Source: an uncultured Candidatus Rokubacteria bacterium (GTDB lineage Bacteria > Methylomirabilota > Methylomirabilia > Rokubacteriales > DASRDR01). Taken from it: 64,000 nucleotides of DNA. Location: the NCBI GenBank assembly GCA_963708025.1, contig CAVPSB010000010.1:32001-96000 (forward strand), given 5' to 3'. The first letter of the stretch is position 1, and every line of letters starts with the position of its first letter. The notes below the pieces were generated by a model. That model did no database searches. It saw nothing but the letters and a program-made list of their open reading frames with translations, and was not told where the DNA came from. Positions 53,999 through 64,000 of the stretch are shown piece by piece. Position numbers and translations under genes: made by a program.

Positions 53999-54889
53999 AT
54001 GCAGGCGCGGATGTCGGCGGCGCGCGTTGCCCAATCATCTCGGAAGCTGCGCGGTCCGCTGGAACGGCTGTACCGCGACTTCGACTATCGCGGGCGCCTC
54101 GCCAACGACGCCATCCAGTACCCGCGGCGCTACGACGACCCCCTCGACCGCGAGATCGTCGCCCTCCTCGCCGCCAGCCTGGCCTACGGCCGCGTCGACC
54201 TGTTCGGACCCTGGATCGACCGGCTCCTCGGCTGGCTCCGTCCCTCGCCCCGCGCTTTCGTCCTCGCCTTCGACCCGGCGCGCGACGCGGCGGTTTTCGC
54301 CCCGTTCCACTACCGGTTCACGCGCGGCGTGGACGTGGCCGCGGCCGTGCTGGCGCTCCACCGGCTGCTCGTCCGCCACGGCTCGCTCCGCCAGGCGTTC
54401 CTGGCCGGCTACTCGGAGGCCGATCCGGACATCCGGCCGGCCCTCGACCGGTTCGCCCGCGCGATCCGCGATCAGGACTTCGGCCCGGTCGGCATGGCCC
54501 GGCCCACCCGCGGGTTCCACCATCTCTTCCCGCGACCGTCCGACGGCGGCGCGTGCAAGCGCTGGCACCTCTTCCTGCGCTGGATGGTGCGGCGGGACGG
54601 CTTCGACTTCGGCGACTGGGCCGAGGTCTCGCCGGCCAAGCTGCTGATCCCGGTCGATACCCACGTGGCCAACATGGCCGACGCGCTCCAGCTCACCCGG
54701 TTGAAGAGCCGGACGGGGCGGATGGCGGAAGACATCACGCGGAGCCTCCGCGCCGTGGCCCCGGATGATCCCGTGAAGTACGACTTCGCCCTCTGCCACA
54801 CCCGCATGCGGGGGGACTGTCTCGGACGCCGGGCGCCGGTCTGCGGGAGCTGTGGGCTGCGCCCGGTGTGCCGGCACTGGCGGCGATGA
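53999..54889 (+). CDS. TIGR02757/DUF2400 family protein (HhH-GPD-like, C-terminal Cys cluster)
   Basis: LAYGRV, CKR.HLFLRWMVR, PVDTHV, DPVKYDFAL and C-x6-C-x2-C-x5-C. Confidence 0.9.
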   Translation: MQARMSAARVAQSSRKLRGPLERLYRDFDYRGRLANDAIQYPRRYDDPLDREIVALLAASLAYGRVDLFGPWIDRLLGWLRPSPRAFVLAFDPARDAAVFAPFHYRFTRGVDVAAAVLALHRLLVRHGSLRQAFLAGYSEADPDIRPALDRFARAIRDQDFGPVGMARPTRGFHHLFPRPSDGGACKRWHLFLRWMVRRDGFDFGDWAEVSPAKLLIPVDTHVANMADALQLTRLKSRTGRMAEDITRSLRAVAPDDPVKYDFALCHTRMRGDCLGRRAPVCGSCGLRPVCRHWRR

Positions 54890-56092
54890 CGGTGGGCGCC
54901 GGGGAGACGATGCTGGTCGCGGTGGGGGTCGGTCTCGGGCTGGTGGGCGTCGCCGTCGCCTGGGGGCTGTTCGCGCTGGCCACCCGCGTGCGCGAGCTGG
55001 AGACGGCGCGGGCGGCGCCCGATGCCGCGGTGACGGTGCTCCAGCGCGAGATCCAGGCGGTCCGGGGCGAGGCCCGCCAGGGCCAGGAAAACACCCTCCA
55101 GACCGTGCGCCAGGAGGTGACGCAGTTCGGCGGCCAGGTCGGCCAGCAGTTCGGCCAGCTCCAGGCCGTGGTCGTCGATCAGCTCCAGCAGGTCACCACC
55201 GAGGTCAACCGGCGGCTCCAGGAGACGATGGGGCTCATCCAGTCGGCGCAGTCGGCGATGGGGCAGCGGCTCGACCACGCCGCCGCCGCCGTGAGCCAGG
55301 TCCACGGGCAGCTCGGCACGCTCACCGAGGCCACCCGTCGCATGGCGGAGATCGGCCGTGACATCGCCGGGCTCGAGCAGATCCTCCGGGCTCCGAAGGT
55401 CCGGGGCGGGCTCGGCGAGATCCTGCTCGAGCGGCTCCTCGAGGAGATCTTGCCCGGCGGGAGCTACCGTCTGCAGCACGCCTTCCGGAGCGGCGACAAG
55501 GTGGACGCGGTCATCACCCTGGGCGAGCGCCTGGTCCCGGTGGACTCGAAGTTCCCGCTGGAGAACTTCCGGCGCCTGGTCGAGGAGCCCGAAGAGGACC
55601 GGCGCCGGGTGGCGCGCCGCGCGTTCGGCCGTGACGTCCGGAACCGGGTGGACGAGATCGCCAAGAAGTACATCCTGCCCGGACGAGGCGACGTTCGACT
55701 TCGCGCTGATGTACATCCCGGCCGAGAACGTCTACTACGAGGTGATCGTCCGGGAGGGGGACGAGGCGGACGAGGACGCCCTCCTGCCATACGCCCTGTC
55801 GCGCCGGGTGATCCCGGTGTCGCCGAACTCGTTCTACGCCTACCTCCAGGTCATCCTGCTCGGCCTCAAGGGGTTCCGCATCGAGCAGAACGCCCGGGAG
55901 ATCCTGGCCACGCTGGGCCGGCTCTCCGGGGACCTCGCCCGGTTCCGGGAGCATTTCGAGACGCTGGGCAAGCACGTCACGAACGCCAAGAACAAGTACG
56001 AGGACGCCGCGACGGCCCTCGCGCGGTTCGAAGCCAAGCTGGAGAACGTGGAGGGGCGGACCATCCAGGAAGCCCTCCCCGGAGTCCCCTGA
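54886..56092 (+). CDS. rmuC: DNA recombination protein RmuC (frameshift near 55681)
   Basis: Coiled coil, RGGLGE, VDSKFP and KYI; then TFDFALMYIPAE and VSP in the next frame. Confidence 0.88.
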
Positions 56093-57018
56093 TGACGCTG
56101 CCGACTTCGTCGGAGTGGACCGTCGACGAGCACGGCGCCCTGACCGAGACGCGCTTCGCCGCCCCCCCCCTGGTGTCGCGGGGCAAGGTCCGCGACATTT
56201 ACGACCTCGGCGAGCACCTGCTGATCGTCACCACCGACCGGATCAGCGCCTTCGACTGGGTGCTGCCCAACGGCATCCCCGACAAGGGGAGGGTCCTCAA
56301 CCAGCTCTCGGCGTTCTGGTTCAACGTGCTCGGCAACATCGTGCCAAACCACCTGGTGTCGATCGAGATCGGCGCCGAGCGGCGGGTGCCGGCGCGGTAC
56401 CACGCGGTGCTCGGCGGCCGGGCGATGATCGCCCGGAAGGCGGAGGTCTTCCCGATCGAGTGCGTCGCCCGCGGATACCTCATCGGCTCCGGCTGGAAGG
56501 ACTACCAGAAGACGGGCGCGGTCTGCGGCATCCCGCTCCCGCCCGGGCTCGCCCTGGCCGCCCGGCTGCCGGAGCCGATCTTCACGCCAGCCACCAAGGC
56601 CGTGTCCGGCCACGACGAGAACATCGACTTCGCCGCGATGAGCCGGGTGGTGGGCGCCGACGTCGCCGGCGAGCTGCGGCAGCTCACGCTCGAGCTGTAT
56701 CGCGAGGGGACCATGCTCGCCGAGCGCTGCGGGATCATCATCGCCGACACCAAGTTCGAGTTCGGGCGCCACGCGGGGCGGATCCACCTGGTCGACGAGG
56801 CGTTGACCCCCGACTCCTCGCGGTTCTGGCCCGCCGACGCCCATGCGCCGGGGCATTCGCCGCCGTCGTACGACAAGCAGTTCGTCCGGGACTGGCTGGA
56901 GGCGACGTCGTGGGACAAGAACTCGCCGCCGCCGCGCCTGCCCGCGGAGGTCGTCGCCCAGACGCGCGCGAAGTACATTGAGGCGCTCGTGCGCCTCACC
57001 GGACAGGGCCTGCGATGA
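56092..57018 (+). CDS. purC: SAICAR synthase
   Basis: GKVRDIY, DRISAFD, FTPATKA..GHDENI, DTKFEFG, TPDSSRFW and DKQFVRD. Confidence 0.96.
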   Translation: MTLPTSSEWTVDEHGALTETRFAAPPLVSRGKVRDIYDLGEHLLIVTTDRISAFDWVLPNGIPDKGRVLNQLSAFWFNVLGNIVPNHLVSIEIGAERRVPARYHAVLGGRAMIARKAEVFPIECVARGYLIGSGWKDYQKTGAVCGIPLPPGLALAARLPEPIFTPATKAVSGHDENIDFAAMSRVVGADVAGELRQLTLELYREGTMLAERCGIIIADTKFEFGRHAGRIHLVDEALTPDSSRFWPADAHAPGHSPPSYDKQFVRDWLEATSWDKNSPPPRLPAEVVAQTRAKYIEALVRLTGQGLR

Positions 57019-57067
57019 CCTTGACACGCCTCGCCGCGCGGCGAGGTTGTGCTATGATCCAACGGTG

Positions 57068-57373
57068 ATGGGCTCCTTGCCGCCGTGTCAGGTCTACGGC
57101 ATCAACATCCTCGTCAAGCTCCTGCCGGAGGCGCCGCCGGGCGTGCGCCTGTACTGTCCGAAGGGCTCCCCGATCCGTTACGGCATCGTGGTGGGACGCG
57201 GGGACGGCTTCGACGAGGGCGCGAACACGTTCCGCGAGATGCCACCGATCGAGGCGGTCGTCGCCTTCGAGGAGACGGCCGAGGAAGTCGAAGGCCACTA
57301 CTTCTACGTGAGCGGCGAGGAGTTTCGGGTGTTGCGGCTGGATTCGGTGATCCTCGCCTTCCCCCGCGAGTAA
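57068..57373 (+). CDS. Small GroES/Cpn10-like protein
   Basis: The pattern ILVK...G..L....GIVVGRGDG...V.F...G......GEEFRVLR..SVI parallels Cpn10. No groEL adjacent. Confidence 0.55.
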   Translation: MGSLPPCQVYGINILVKLLPEAPPGVRLYCPKGSPIRYGIVVGRGDGFDEGANTFREMPPIEAVVAFEETAEEVEGHYFYVSGEEFRVLRLDSVILAFPRE

Positions 57374-57398
57374 CCCTCGCGGGAGCCCCCCGCGCGCC

Positions 57399-58637
57399 AT
57401 GGCCGCCGCCCGAGCGGACGTCGTCTCCGGGGTCCTCGCCCACCTCGCCGCGGACGAGGTCGTCGCCCTCACCCAGCGCCTGGTCCGCATCCCCAGCGTC
57501 TTCCGGCCCGGTGAGCCCGACGCCAACGAGCGGGCGGTGGCGCACGCGGTGGCGGAGTGGTGCCGGGGCGAAGGCCTCGCCATCGAGGTCCAGGACGTGG
57601 CCCCCGGACGGCCCAACGTCGTCGCTACGCTCGAGGGCGCGCCCGGGGGCCCGACGCTCTGCCTCGAGGGCCATACCGACGTCGTGACCGAGGGCGATCC
57701 CCGGGCGTGGCGCCACGGCCCGTGGAGCGGTGTTGTCGAGGACGGTCGGCTCTACGGGCGGGGTGCGGCGGACATGAAGGGCGGCCTGGCCGCCGCGATG
57801 GCGGCGGCGGCGGGGATCCGGCGAGCCGGCGTCCGCTTCACCGGCCGGCTCGTCGTGGCCGCGCTGGTGGACGAGGAGGCCGGGATGACCGGCGCTCGCC
57901 ACTTCATGCGGACGCCCGTGGGGCGCTCGGTGGACGCGGCGATCATCTGCGAGCCGGAGCAGAACGAGCTCTGCCTGGAGCAGAAGGGCGTGTTCTGGGC
58001 GCGGGTCCTGATCCAGGGCCGGATGTCCCACGGGGCGATGCCCTACGCGGGAGTCAATCCGATCGCGGCGGCCGGCACGTTCCTCGCCGCGCTCCCGCGC
58101 CTCGAGCGACGGCTGGCGCGCGGACTGCCCCGGAGCCGGTTCCTCGGGATCCCGCACGTCACCGCGACGCGCTGCGCGGCGCCGCTGGACGGCGTGGCCC
58201 AGAACAACGTGATCCCGGCCCGGGCCGGCCTCGTCCTCGACGTACGACTCATCCCGGGGCTGGCTCCCGAAGCCGTGATGGCCGCGCTGGAGAGCCTCGC
58301 CCGCGAGGCCGAGGCGCGGCAGCCGGGGATCAAGATCGAGCTGGAGACCATGGAGCCGCCGCGGCCGGCCACGCGGACCGACCGCGATGCCCCGGTCGTG
58401 CGGGCGCTCGCCTGGGCCGTCGGCGCGGTGACCGGGCGGCGGCCGCGCTGGGGTGGGGTGCCCGGCTCGACCGACGGGACGATCTTCGTGGCGGAGCGGG
58501 GGATTCCGATCGTGACGTTCGGGCCCGGCCAGCGCGAGGTGCCCCACCAGGTGGACGAGTACGTGGAGGTCGCCCAGCTCGAGGAAGCGGCCCGCTGCTA
58601 CGCGGTGGCGGCTCTCCGCTTCCTAGGGGCGGCATGA
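57399..58637 (+). CDS. M20 family metallopeptidase (ArgE/DapE-like)
   Basis: GHTDVV, GRGAADMKGG, DEE, CEP and HQVDE. Confidence 0.93.
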   Translation: MAAARADVVSGVLAHLAADEVVALTQRLVRIPSVFRPGEPDANERAVAHAVAEWCRGEGLAIEVQDVAPGRPNVVATLEGAPGGPTLCLEGHTDVVTEGDPRAWRHGPWSGVVEDGRLYGRGAADMKGGLAAAMAAAAGIRRAGVRFTGRLVVAALVDEEAGMTGARHFMRTPVGRSVDAAIICEPEQNELCLEQKGVFWARVLIQGRMSHGAMPYAGVNPIAAAGTFLAALPRLERRLARGLPRSRFLGIPHVTATRCAAPLDGVAQNNVIPARAGLVLDVRLIPGLAPEAVMAALESLAREAEARQPGIKIELETMEPPRPATRTDRDAPVVRALAWAVGAVTGRRPRWGGVPGSTDGTIFVAERGIPIVTFGPGQREVPHQVDEYVEVAQLEEAARCYAVAALRFLGAA

Positions 58638-58856
58638 GAGCTTCGGGGGGGTCTCGGAAGACCTCCCCGAAGCCCCCCCACGGATGCCGCGACTGTTGGA
58701 CGGCCTTCGGCCTTTGGGCCGCGGCTCGAAGCGGAACGCCACGGCCGCGTGGCGGGAGCCAGAGGGTCGCGAGAAACCCACGGGCGGTGGGAACGCGAGA
58801 CGTCGGGATTGGTTCACGGGCTCTGCGATCCGGCGGGCGGTCGCGGGGAACTCGCG

Positions 58857-60110
58857 GTGAGTGAGGCGCCGGCCGGGCCGCGGCTCCGCCCGGTCGAGGC
58901 GTTCCCGGCGACGGTCGGCGGGCGCGAGGTCATCTGTCTGCGCGATCCCTCCGGCCTCACCGAGGCGGTCCTCACGGTTCCGCGCCCGCTGGCGGCGATC
59001 CTCGCGCTCTTCGACGGGACCCGCTCGATCCGGGAGATCCAGGCTGACATCATGCGCTACCAGGGCACGCTGGTGCCGAGCGACCAGCTCGAGAGCCTGG
59101 TGGAGACGCTCGACCGCCACCTGTTCCTAGAGGGGGAGCGGCCCCGGGCCGAGCGCGAGCGGCTGGCGGTGACGTTTCGCGCGAACCCGGTCCGTCCTGC
59201 GATCCATGCCGGCAAGGCCTACGCGGGCGACGCCGAGTCGCTCGCGGCCGAGCTTTCCGGCTTCTTCACCCATGCGGACGGTCCCGGCCCGGTCGGCGAG
59301 CGGAGGGCGGCCACGCTGCGTGGGCTGGTCGCTCCCCACATCGACTTCCATCGCGGCGGTCCCGCCTATGCCTGGGCATACGGGGTGGCGGCCGAGGCTT
59401 GCGACGCCGACTGCTTCGTCGTGTTCGGCACCGCGCACGCGGGGCTGGACGGCCATCCCTTCGCGCTGACGGCGAAGCCCTACGACACGCCGTTCGGGGC
59501 CATGCCGGTCGACGGCGAGGTGGTGGACGCCCTGGCGCGGCGGGCGCCCGGCCAGCTGTTCGCGGCCGAGCTGGCGCACCGCGCCGAGCACTCGATCGAG
59601 TTCCAGGCCGTCTGCCTGCGCTACCTCGCCGCGCATCGATGGGGCGGCAAGGACGTCCGGATCGTGCCGATCCTGGCGAGCTTCGTCCACGAGTGCCTGG
59701 CCGGGGGGCGCGACCCGCGGACCGACCCGGCCGTCGCCGGCGTGCTCGACGCGCTGCGAGAGACCATGGCGGCGGTGCCCCGGCGCTACTGCCTGGTCGC
59801 GGGGGCCGACCTCGCCCACGTGGGTCCGCGCTTCGGCGATCCGGAGCCGGTCTCGCGCACGCGGCTGGCCCGGATCGAGACCGAGGACCGCGCTCTGCTG
59901 TCGCTGGTGACGGGCGTGGATCCCGGCGGCTTCTTCGCGTCGGCGGCCGCCGACGGGGACGGCCGGCGGACCTGTGGCCTCTCCCCGATCTACTCGCTCC
60001 TGGCGACGCTGCCCGCGGGGCGGGGCCGCCTGTTGAAGTACGGGCAGTGGCCCGACCCGCAGGGGGTGGTGACGTTCGCCAGCGTCGCCTTCGAGGAGGA
60101 CGCCCCGTGA
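58857..60110 (+). CDS. AmmeMemoRadiSam protein B (Memo-like dioxygenase fold) with N-terminal extension
   Basis: APHID, GTAH, TPFG, EHSIEFQ, DLAHVG and CG..P. Confidence 0.9.
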   Translation: MSEAPAGPRLRPVEAFPATVGGREVICLRDPSGLTEAVLTVPRPLAAILALFDGTRSIREIQADIMRYQGTLVPSDQLESLVETLDRHLFLEGERPRAERERLAVTFRANPVRPAIHAGKAYAGDAESLAAELSGFFTHADGPGPVGERRAATLRGLVAPHIDFHRGGPAYAWAYGVAAEACDADCFVVFGTAHAGLDGHPFALTAKPYDTPFGAMPVDGEVVDALARRAPGQLFAAELAHRAEHSIEFQAVCLRYLAAHRWGGKDVRIVPILASFVHECLAGGRDPRTDPAVAGVLDALRETMAAVPRRYCLVAGADLAHVGPRFGDPEPVSRTRLARIETEDRALLSLVTGVDPGGFFASAAADGDGRRTCGLSPIYSLLATLPAGRGRLLKYGQWPDPQGVVTFASVAFEEDAP

Positions 60111-60595
60111 GCGCCGGGCCGAGCCCCGGTCCGTTCACGCTGCCGCCCGGGACCTTCCGGATCGACCGGGACGGCGTCTGGCGTCACGAGGGCCACGAGG
60201 TGACCCACGCGGGGGTGCTCCGGAACCTCTACGCCAACCTCCGCGCCGACGCTGCCGGGCACTACCTCCAGATCGGCCCGGCCCGGATCCCGGTCGAGGT
60301 CAACGATGCGCCGTTCGTGGTGACGCGGGTGGATGGCCCCGACTCATCGAGGGATCCGGTCGGGCCCCTGCGGATCTACTTGACGGATGGCACGCACGAG
60401 GGGCTGGACCCGGCCAGCATCTGGATCGGTCCCCACGAGGCGCCCTACTGTCGAGTGAAGGAGGGGCAGCTCCACGCCCGCTTCTCCGTGGCAGCCTGGC
60501 TCCAGCTGGCCCGTTTCGTGGAGGAGGAGCCCGGGAGCGGGCGCCCGGTCCTCGTGGTGGGAGCCCGTCGCCTGGTGCTCCCGAGGCGTGGCTGA
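60107..60595 (+). CDS. DUF1285-like hypothetical protein
   Basis: FRIDRDGVWRHEG, VEVNDAPFVV and PYCRV. Confidence 0.7.
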   Translation: MSAGPSPGPFTLPPGTFRIDRDGVWRHEGHEVTHAGVLRNLYANLRADAAGHYLQIGPARIPVEVNDAPFVVTRVDGPDSSRDPVGPLRIYLTDGTHEGLDPASIWIGPHEAPYCRVKEGQLHARFSVAAWLQLARFVEEEPGSGRPVLVVGARRLVLPRRG

Positions 60596-60744
60596 CAGCG
60601 TGTGCCGGGCCCTTCACGGTCGGGCTGGCCCTGGTGACCCCGTTGATCACTTACGTGCCCTGGTCCTCGCTGGCCCGGGGAAAGCTCGTCCATTCCTGGA
60701 CCGCCCGACTATAATGGCTGTCGAACAGCGGGTCGGGGAGCGGC

Positions 60745-61485
60745 ATGCCGACGGGAGGGCGGTTCCAGCAAGGCGACCGCGTCATCGTCCGTCAGAACGG
60801 GACGCGGCTGGGAGGGCGTGTCTCCGGGGTGCTGTCGCCCTGGCGCTTCCGGGTGGTCACCGACCAGAATCGCCGGCTGGAAGTCCCCAGGCGCGATCTC
60901 CGCCGAGGTCGGAACAATGTCCTGATCCTGGAGACGCGGCTCGACGCCGCGCTTCATTCTCAGCGCCACTCGGGGACCTTCCTCCGCGAGTTCCTCCAGG
61001 CGTACGGCGTCCAGGCCCTCTACGAGCGGGTCCACACCAAGCGCGACCTCGAGCAGTTCCTGGACCAGGCCCGGCGGACGCCGAACATCCCGTACATCCA
61101 CTTCGTGGCGCACGGGAGCGTCAAGGAGCGGTCGAGTCTCCTGCTGACCTTCGAGCGCGTGAACCTGCACCGGGAGGCTGGCATGTTCAGGGCGCTCGAC
61201 GGCAAGCTGCTGATCTTCTCTTCGTGCGACATCGGCGCGGATCGGGTCGCCATGGAGCGCATCCTGGAGTTCAGCCGGGCCCGGGCGATCATCGCCTACA
61301 CCAAGGAGATCGAGGACTCTTACTCCTACCTGGCGGAGTCGCTGCTGTACGGGCTGATCCTCGATTCGCTGCTGTCGCCCGCCGAGATCGTGCGGCGAGT
61401 GCGGGCCGCCCTCCGGGAAATCCGCCTGCGCCGCACCACCAGCGCCCGCGAGGTCCGCTCGCCGCTCGTCTGCTTCCAGCGCTGA
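60745..61485 (+). CDS. Hypothetical protein with SH3/KOW-like N-terminus and caspase/CHAT-like His-Cys domain
   Basis: FQQGDRVIV N-terminus, then YIHFVAHG...LLIFSSC...IIAYTK. Confidence 0.6.
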   Translation: MPTGGRFQQGDRVIVRQNGTRLGGRVSGVLSPWRFRVVTDQNRRLEVPRRDLRRGRNNVLILETRLDAALHSQRHSGTFLREFLQAYGVQALYERVHTKRDLEQFLDQARRTPNIPYIHFVAHGSVKERSSLLLTFERVNLHREAGMFRALDGKLLIFSSCDIGADRVAMERILEFSRARAIIAYTKEIEDSYSYLAESLLYGLILDSLLSPAEIVRRVRAALREIRLRRTTSAREVRSPLVCFQR

Positions 61486-61673
61486 GAGCGTGTGCAGGAA
61501 TGGGTCAGCCGACTCCCCCCTCGGGTGGGTGGGGGAGGGCTGGGGAGGTGGGCGGGAGGTCCCGAACCGAGGGCGTGCGACGGAATCGAATCGTCCGGCC
61601 CCCCTCCGCCCCGGTGGGTGGGGGAGGGGGCCAAAGGCCGAAGGCCGTGAAGGATCGGGAGGTCCCGAATGAT

Positions 61674-63092
61674 CTAGCCGCGCAGGTGCAGGACGACCAG
61701 CTTGAGCTCGGTCATCTCCTCCACCGCGTAGCGCGGGCCCTCCTTGCCGAAGCCGGACTCCTTGAGGCCGCCGTAGGGCATGAGGTCGGCCCGCCACTGG
61801 GGCCCCCAGTTGACGTGGAGATTCCCGGACTGCACCTCGCGGGCGAACTTCATGGCGTGCTCCAGGCTCTCGGTGAAGATGGCGGCCGCGAGCCCGTAGC
61901 GGCTGTCGTTGGCGAGGGCGATGGCCTGGTCGATGTCATCGAATGGGGTCACGGCCACCGCTGGCCCGAACAGCTCGTCGGACGAGATGCGCATCTCGGG
62001 CTTGACGTCGGCCACGACCGTCGGGGCGTAGACGGACCCCTGGCGCTGGCCGCCGGTCACGAGCCGGGCGCCGCTGCCGACCGCTTCCCGGATCCACTCG
62101 TCCACGCGGATCGCTTCCTTCTCGCGAATCATCGGCCCCACCTTCACCTTCTCGTCGAGCTGGTTGCCGGAGGTGAGGGCCTCCACCCGGGGCTTGAGCG
62201 CGGCCAGGAAGTCGGCGTACACCTGGCCGGCGGCCAGCACCCGCTGGGTCGAGATGCAGACCTGGCCGGCGTTGGCGTAGCCGGTGGCGGCGACCGCCTC
62301 GGCGACCCGGTCGAGGTTGGCGTCGGGCATGACGATGAGCGGGGCGTTCGAGCCCAGCTCCATCGTCACCCGCTTGAGGCCGGCCACCTTGCAGATGTGC
62401 TCGCCGACGTCACGGCTCCCGGTGAAGGTGATCTTCCGGACCCGGGAGTCCGCGCAGAGCCGGTCACCGATCTCGCCGCCGGATCCGGTGAGGCACTGGA
62501 TGCCCTCCGCCGGCAGCCCGGCCTCGAGCAGGATCTCGGTCAGCTTGAGGGCCGACAGCGGCGTGTCGCTGGCCGGCTTGACGATCACGGCGTTCCCGCC
62601 GGCGATGGCCGGGCCGACCTTGTGACACACGAGGTTCAGGGGGAAGTTGAAGGGGCTGATCGCCACCACGACCCCGCAGGGCACGCGGAGCGTGAAGGCC
62701 AGCTTCCCGGCGCCCCCCGGCGCCGCATCCACCGGCACCGTCTCCCCGTGGAGCCGCTTGGCCTCCTCGGCCGAGCCGAGGATCGTCTCGACGGCCCGGT
62801 TCGCCTCCAGGCGCCCCTCGGCGAGGATCTTGCCCTCCTCCTGGCTGATGGTGCGGCCGAGCTCCTCCTGGCGGGCGGCGATCAGGTCGGCCGCCTTGCG
62901 CAGGATCTTGAAGCGGTCGAGCCCCGAGAGCGTGGCCATGACCTTGGCGCCGCGGACCGCGCTCTCGAGGGCGCGCTCGACGTCGCCGCGGTCGGCGCGA
63001 GGCACGGTGTCGATGACGCTCTTGTCATAGGGATTCTCGACGGGAATCGTCTGGGGCTTCTCGATCCACTGGCCGGCGACATACATGCGCAT
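61674..63092 (-). CDS. Aldehyde dehydrogenase family protein
   Basis: PFNFP, FTGS, ELGSN, GQVCIS, ELFGP and PYGGLKESG. Confidence 0.95.
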   Translation of the reverse strand: MRMYVAGQWIEKPQTIPVENPYDKSVIDTVPRADRGDVERALESAVRGAKVMATLSGLDRFKILRKAADLIAARQEELGRTISQEEGKILAEGRLEANRAVETILGSAEEAKRLHGETVPVDAAPGGAGKLAFTLRVPCGVVVAISPFNFPLNLVCHKVGPAIAGGNAVIVKPASDTPLSALKLTEILLEAGLPAEGIQCLTGSGGEIGDRLCADSRVRKITFTGSRDVGEHICKVAGLKRVTMELGSNAPLIVMPDANLDRVAEAVAATGYANAGQVCISTQRVLAAGQVYADFLAALKPRVEALTSGNQLDEKVKVGPMIREKEAIRVDEWIREAVGSGARLVTGGQRQGSVYAPTVVADVKPEMRISSDELFGPAVAVTPFDDIDQAIALANDSRYGLAAAIFTESLEHAMKFAREVQSGNLHVNWGPQWRADLMPYGGLKESGFGKEGPRYAVEEMTELKLVVLHLRG

Positions 63093-63250
63093 GGGGATTC
63101 CTCCTCGGTCGGCGGTGAGTGAGGCCTGCTCGTTCGATTATCGCCCCGCGCGCCGGCCGCGACAAGCCGACCGGCGCGCGGGAGGCCGGACTGCGGGTCG
63201 CCGCGCCGGGGGGTGGAGGGGGGCGCTCCGAGACGCGCGGTCGGGTCCGG

Positions 63251-64000
63251 TCAGTCGCCCGCCCGCGCGCGGCTCCGCCGGACCTCGTCCAGCGCCGCCA
63301 GCAGCTCCTGGTGGATCGGGCCGTTGGTCGCGACGACGCCCGCCTCGTCGAGCCGCCAGGGACCCCCGCGGAGGTCGGTGATCCGGCCGCCCGCCTCGAG
63401 CACCATGAGGCCACCCGCCGCCATGTCCCAGGGCCCGAGGCGCAGCTCCCAGTACCCGTCGAGGCGCCCGGCCGCGACGTAGCAGAGGTCGAGCACGGCC
63501 GAGCCGAGCCGCCGCACCGCGCGCGAGCGCAGCGCGAGCGCCGCGTACTCGGCCAGGTTGGTCGCGGGGGTCGAGCGGATGTCGTAGGGGAAGCCGGTCA
63601 CCAGCAAGCTCTCGTCGAGGACGGGGGTCGCCGACACCCGCAGCGGCTCGCCGTTGAGCGTGGCGCCCCGGCCGCGCTCGGCGACGAAGCACTCGTCGCG
63701 GGTCGGGTCGTAGCCGACCCCGAGCACGACCTCGCCCGCCCGCTCGAGGGCCACCGAGACCGAGAAGATCGGGAGGCCGTGGGCGTAGTTGGTCGTGCCG
63801 TCGAGCGGGTCGATGAGCCAGCGGTACTCGGAGCGGCCGGAGCGGGCGCCGCCCTCCTCGCCGAGGATCGCGTGGTCGGGGAAGGCCCCGCGGAGACGCT
63901 CGACGATGAGTGCCTCCGAGCGGCGGTCCATCTCGGTGACGAGATTGGTGGGGTGGCCCTTGTAGTCGATCCGGCGGGTGCCGCCCAGCGCCTCGCGGAG
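63251..64000 (-). CDS. suhB: Inositol monophosphatase family protein (5' end outside window)
   Basis: GEE, WLIDPLDGTTNY, GSA and WDMAAG. Confidence 0.92.
   Translation of the reverse strand, partial: LREALGGTRRIDYKGHPTNLVTEMDRRSEALIVERLRGAFPDHAILGEEGGARSGRSEYRWLIDPLDGTTNYAHGLPIFSVSVALERAGEVVLGVGYDPTRDECFVAERGRGATLNGEPLRVSATPVLDESLLVTGFPYDIRSTPATNLAEYAALALRSRAVRRLGSAVLDLCYVAAGRLDGYWELRLGPWDMAAGGLMVLEAGGRITDLRGGPWRLDEAGVVATNGPIHQELLAALDEVRRSRARAGD

Noticed and set aside
54868-57018. 716-aa RmuC-PurC fusion in the ORF track
   Set aside because: Artefact of the rmuC frameshift. rmuC ends at 56092 in another frame and purC has its own ATG at 56092.

Overview
GC-rich bacterial window; gene content and repeat style resemble Methylomirabilota/Rokubacteria, which is an inference only. 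1-9.2 kb is accessory-looking: an IS3-family end, a deleted integrase-type element, tRNA-like fragments, an XPB-like helicase with a DUF790 nuclease, a VapBC pair and msrB/msrA. It ends at a tRNA/tmRNA-like 3' end that may be an att site. 9.8-13.7 kb holds two-component signalling genes. 13.8-28.1 kb is an all-minus-strand metal (Cu/Ni/Zn) handling island with CopC/CopD fusions, a CusF-like protein, a YVTN propeller, cytochrome c fusions, NikR and an ABC permease. The island is split into three units, each headed by a small exported His/Cys ORF ending in a RAPP/RGPP ribosome-arrest motif 47-48 residues after a single Cys. This is the most interesting system seen. The island also has a rhodanese with an in-frame UGA and a SECIS-like hairpin (probable selenoprotein) and a Cys-containing paralogue. 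29-64 kb is mostly housekeeping: pilT-like, rtcB, radical SAM, ChdC-like, korAB, glcDEF, lutABC, split MetE, csp, trxB, nadX, rmuC, purC, M20 peptidase, Memo-like, ALDH and suhB, with several families of palindromic or G-rich intergenic repeats. About ten genes carry single-base insertions that are most likely sequencing or assembly errors.
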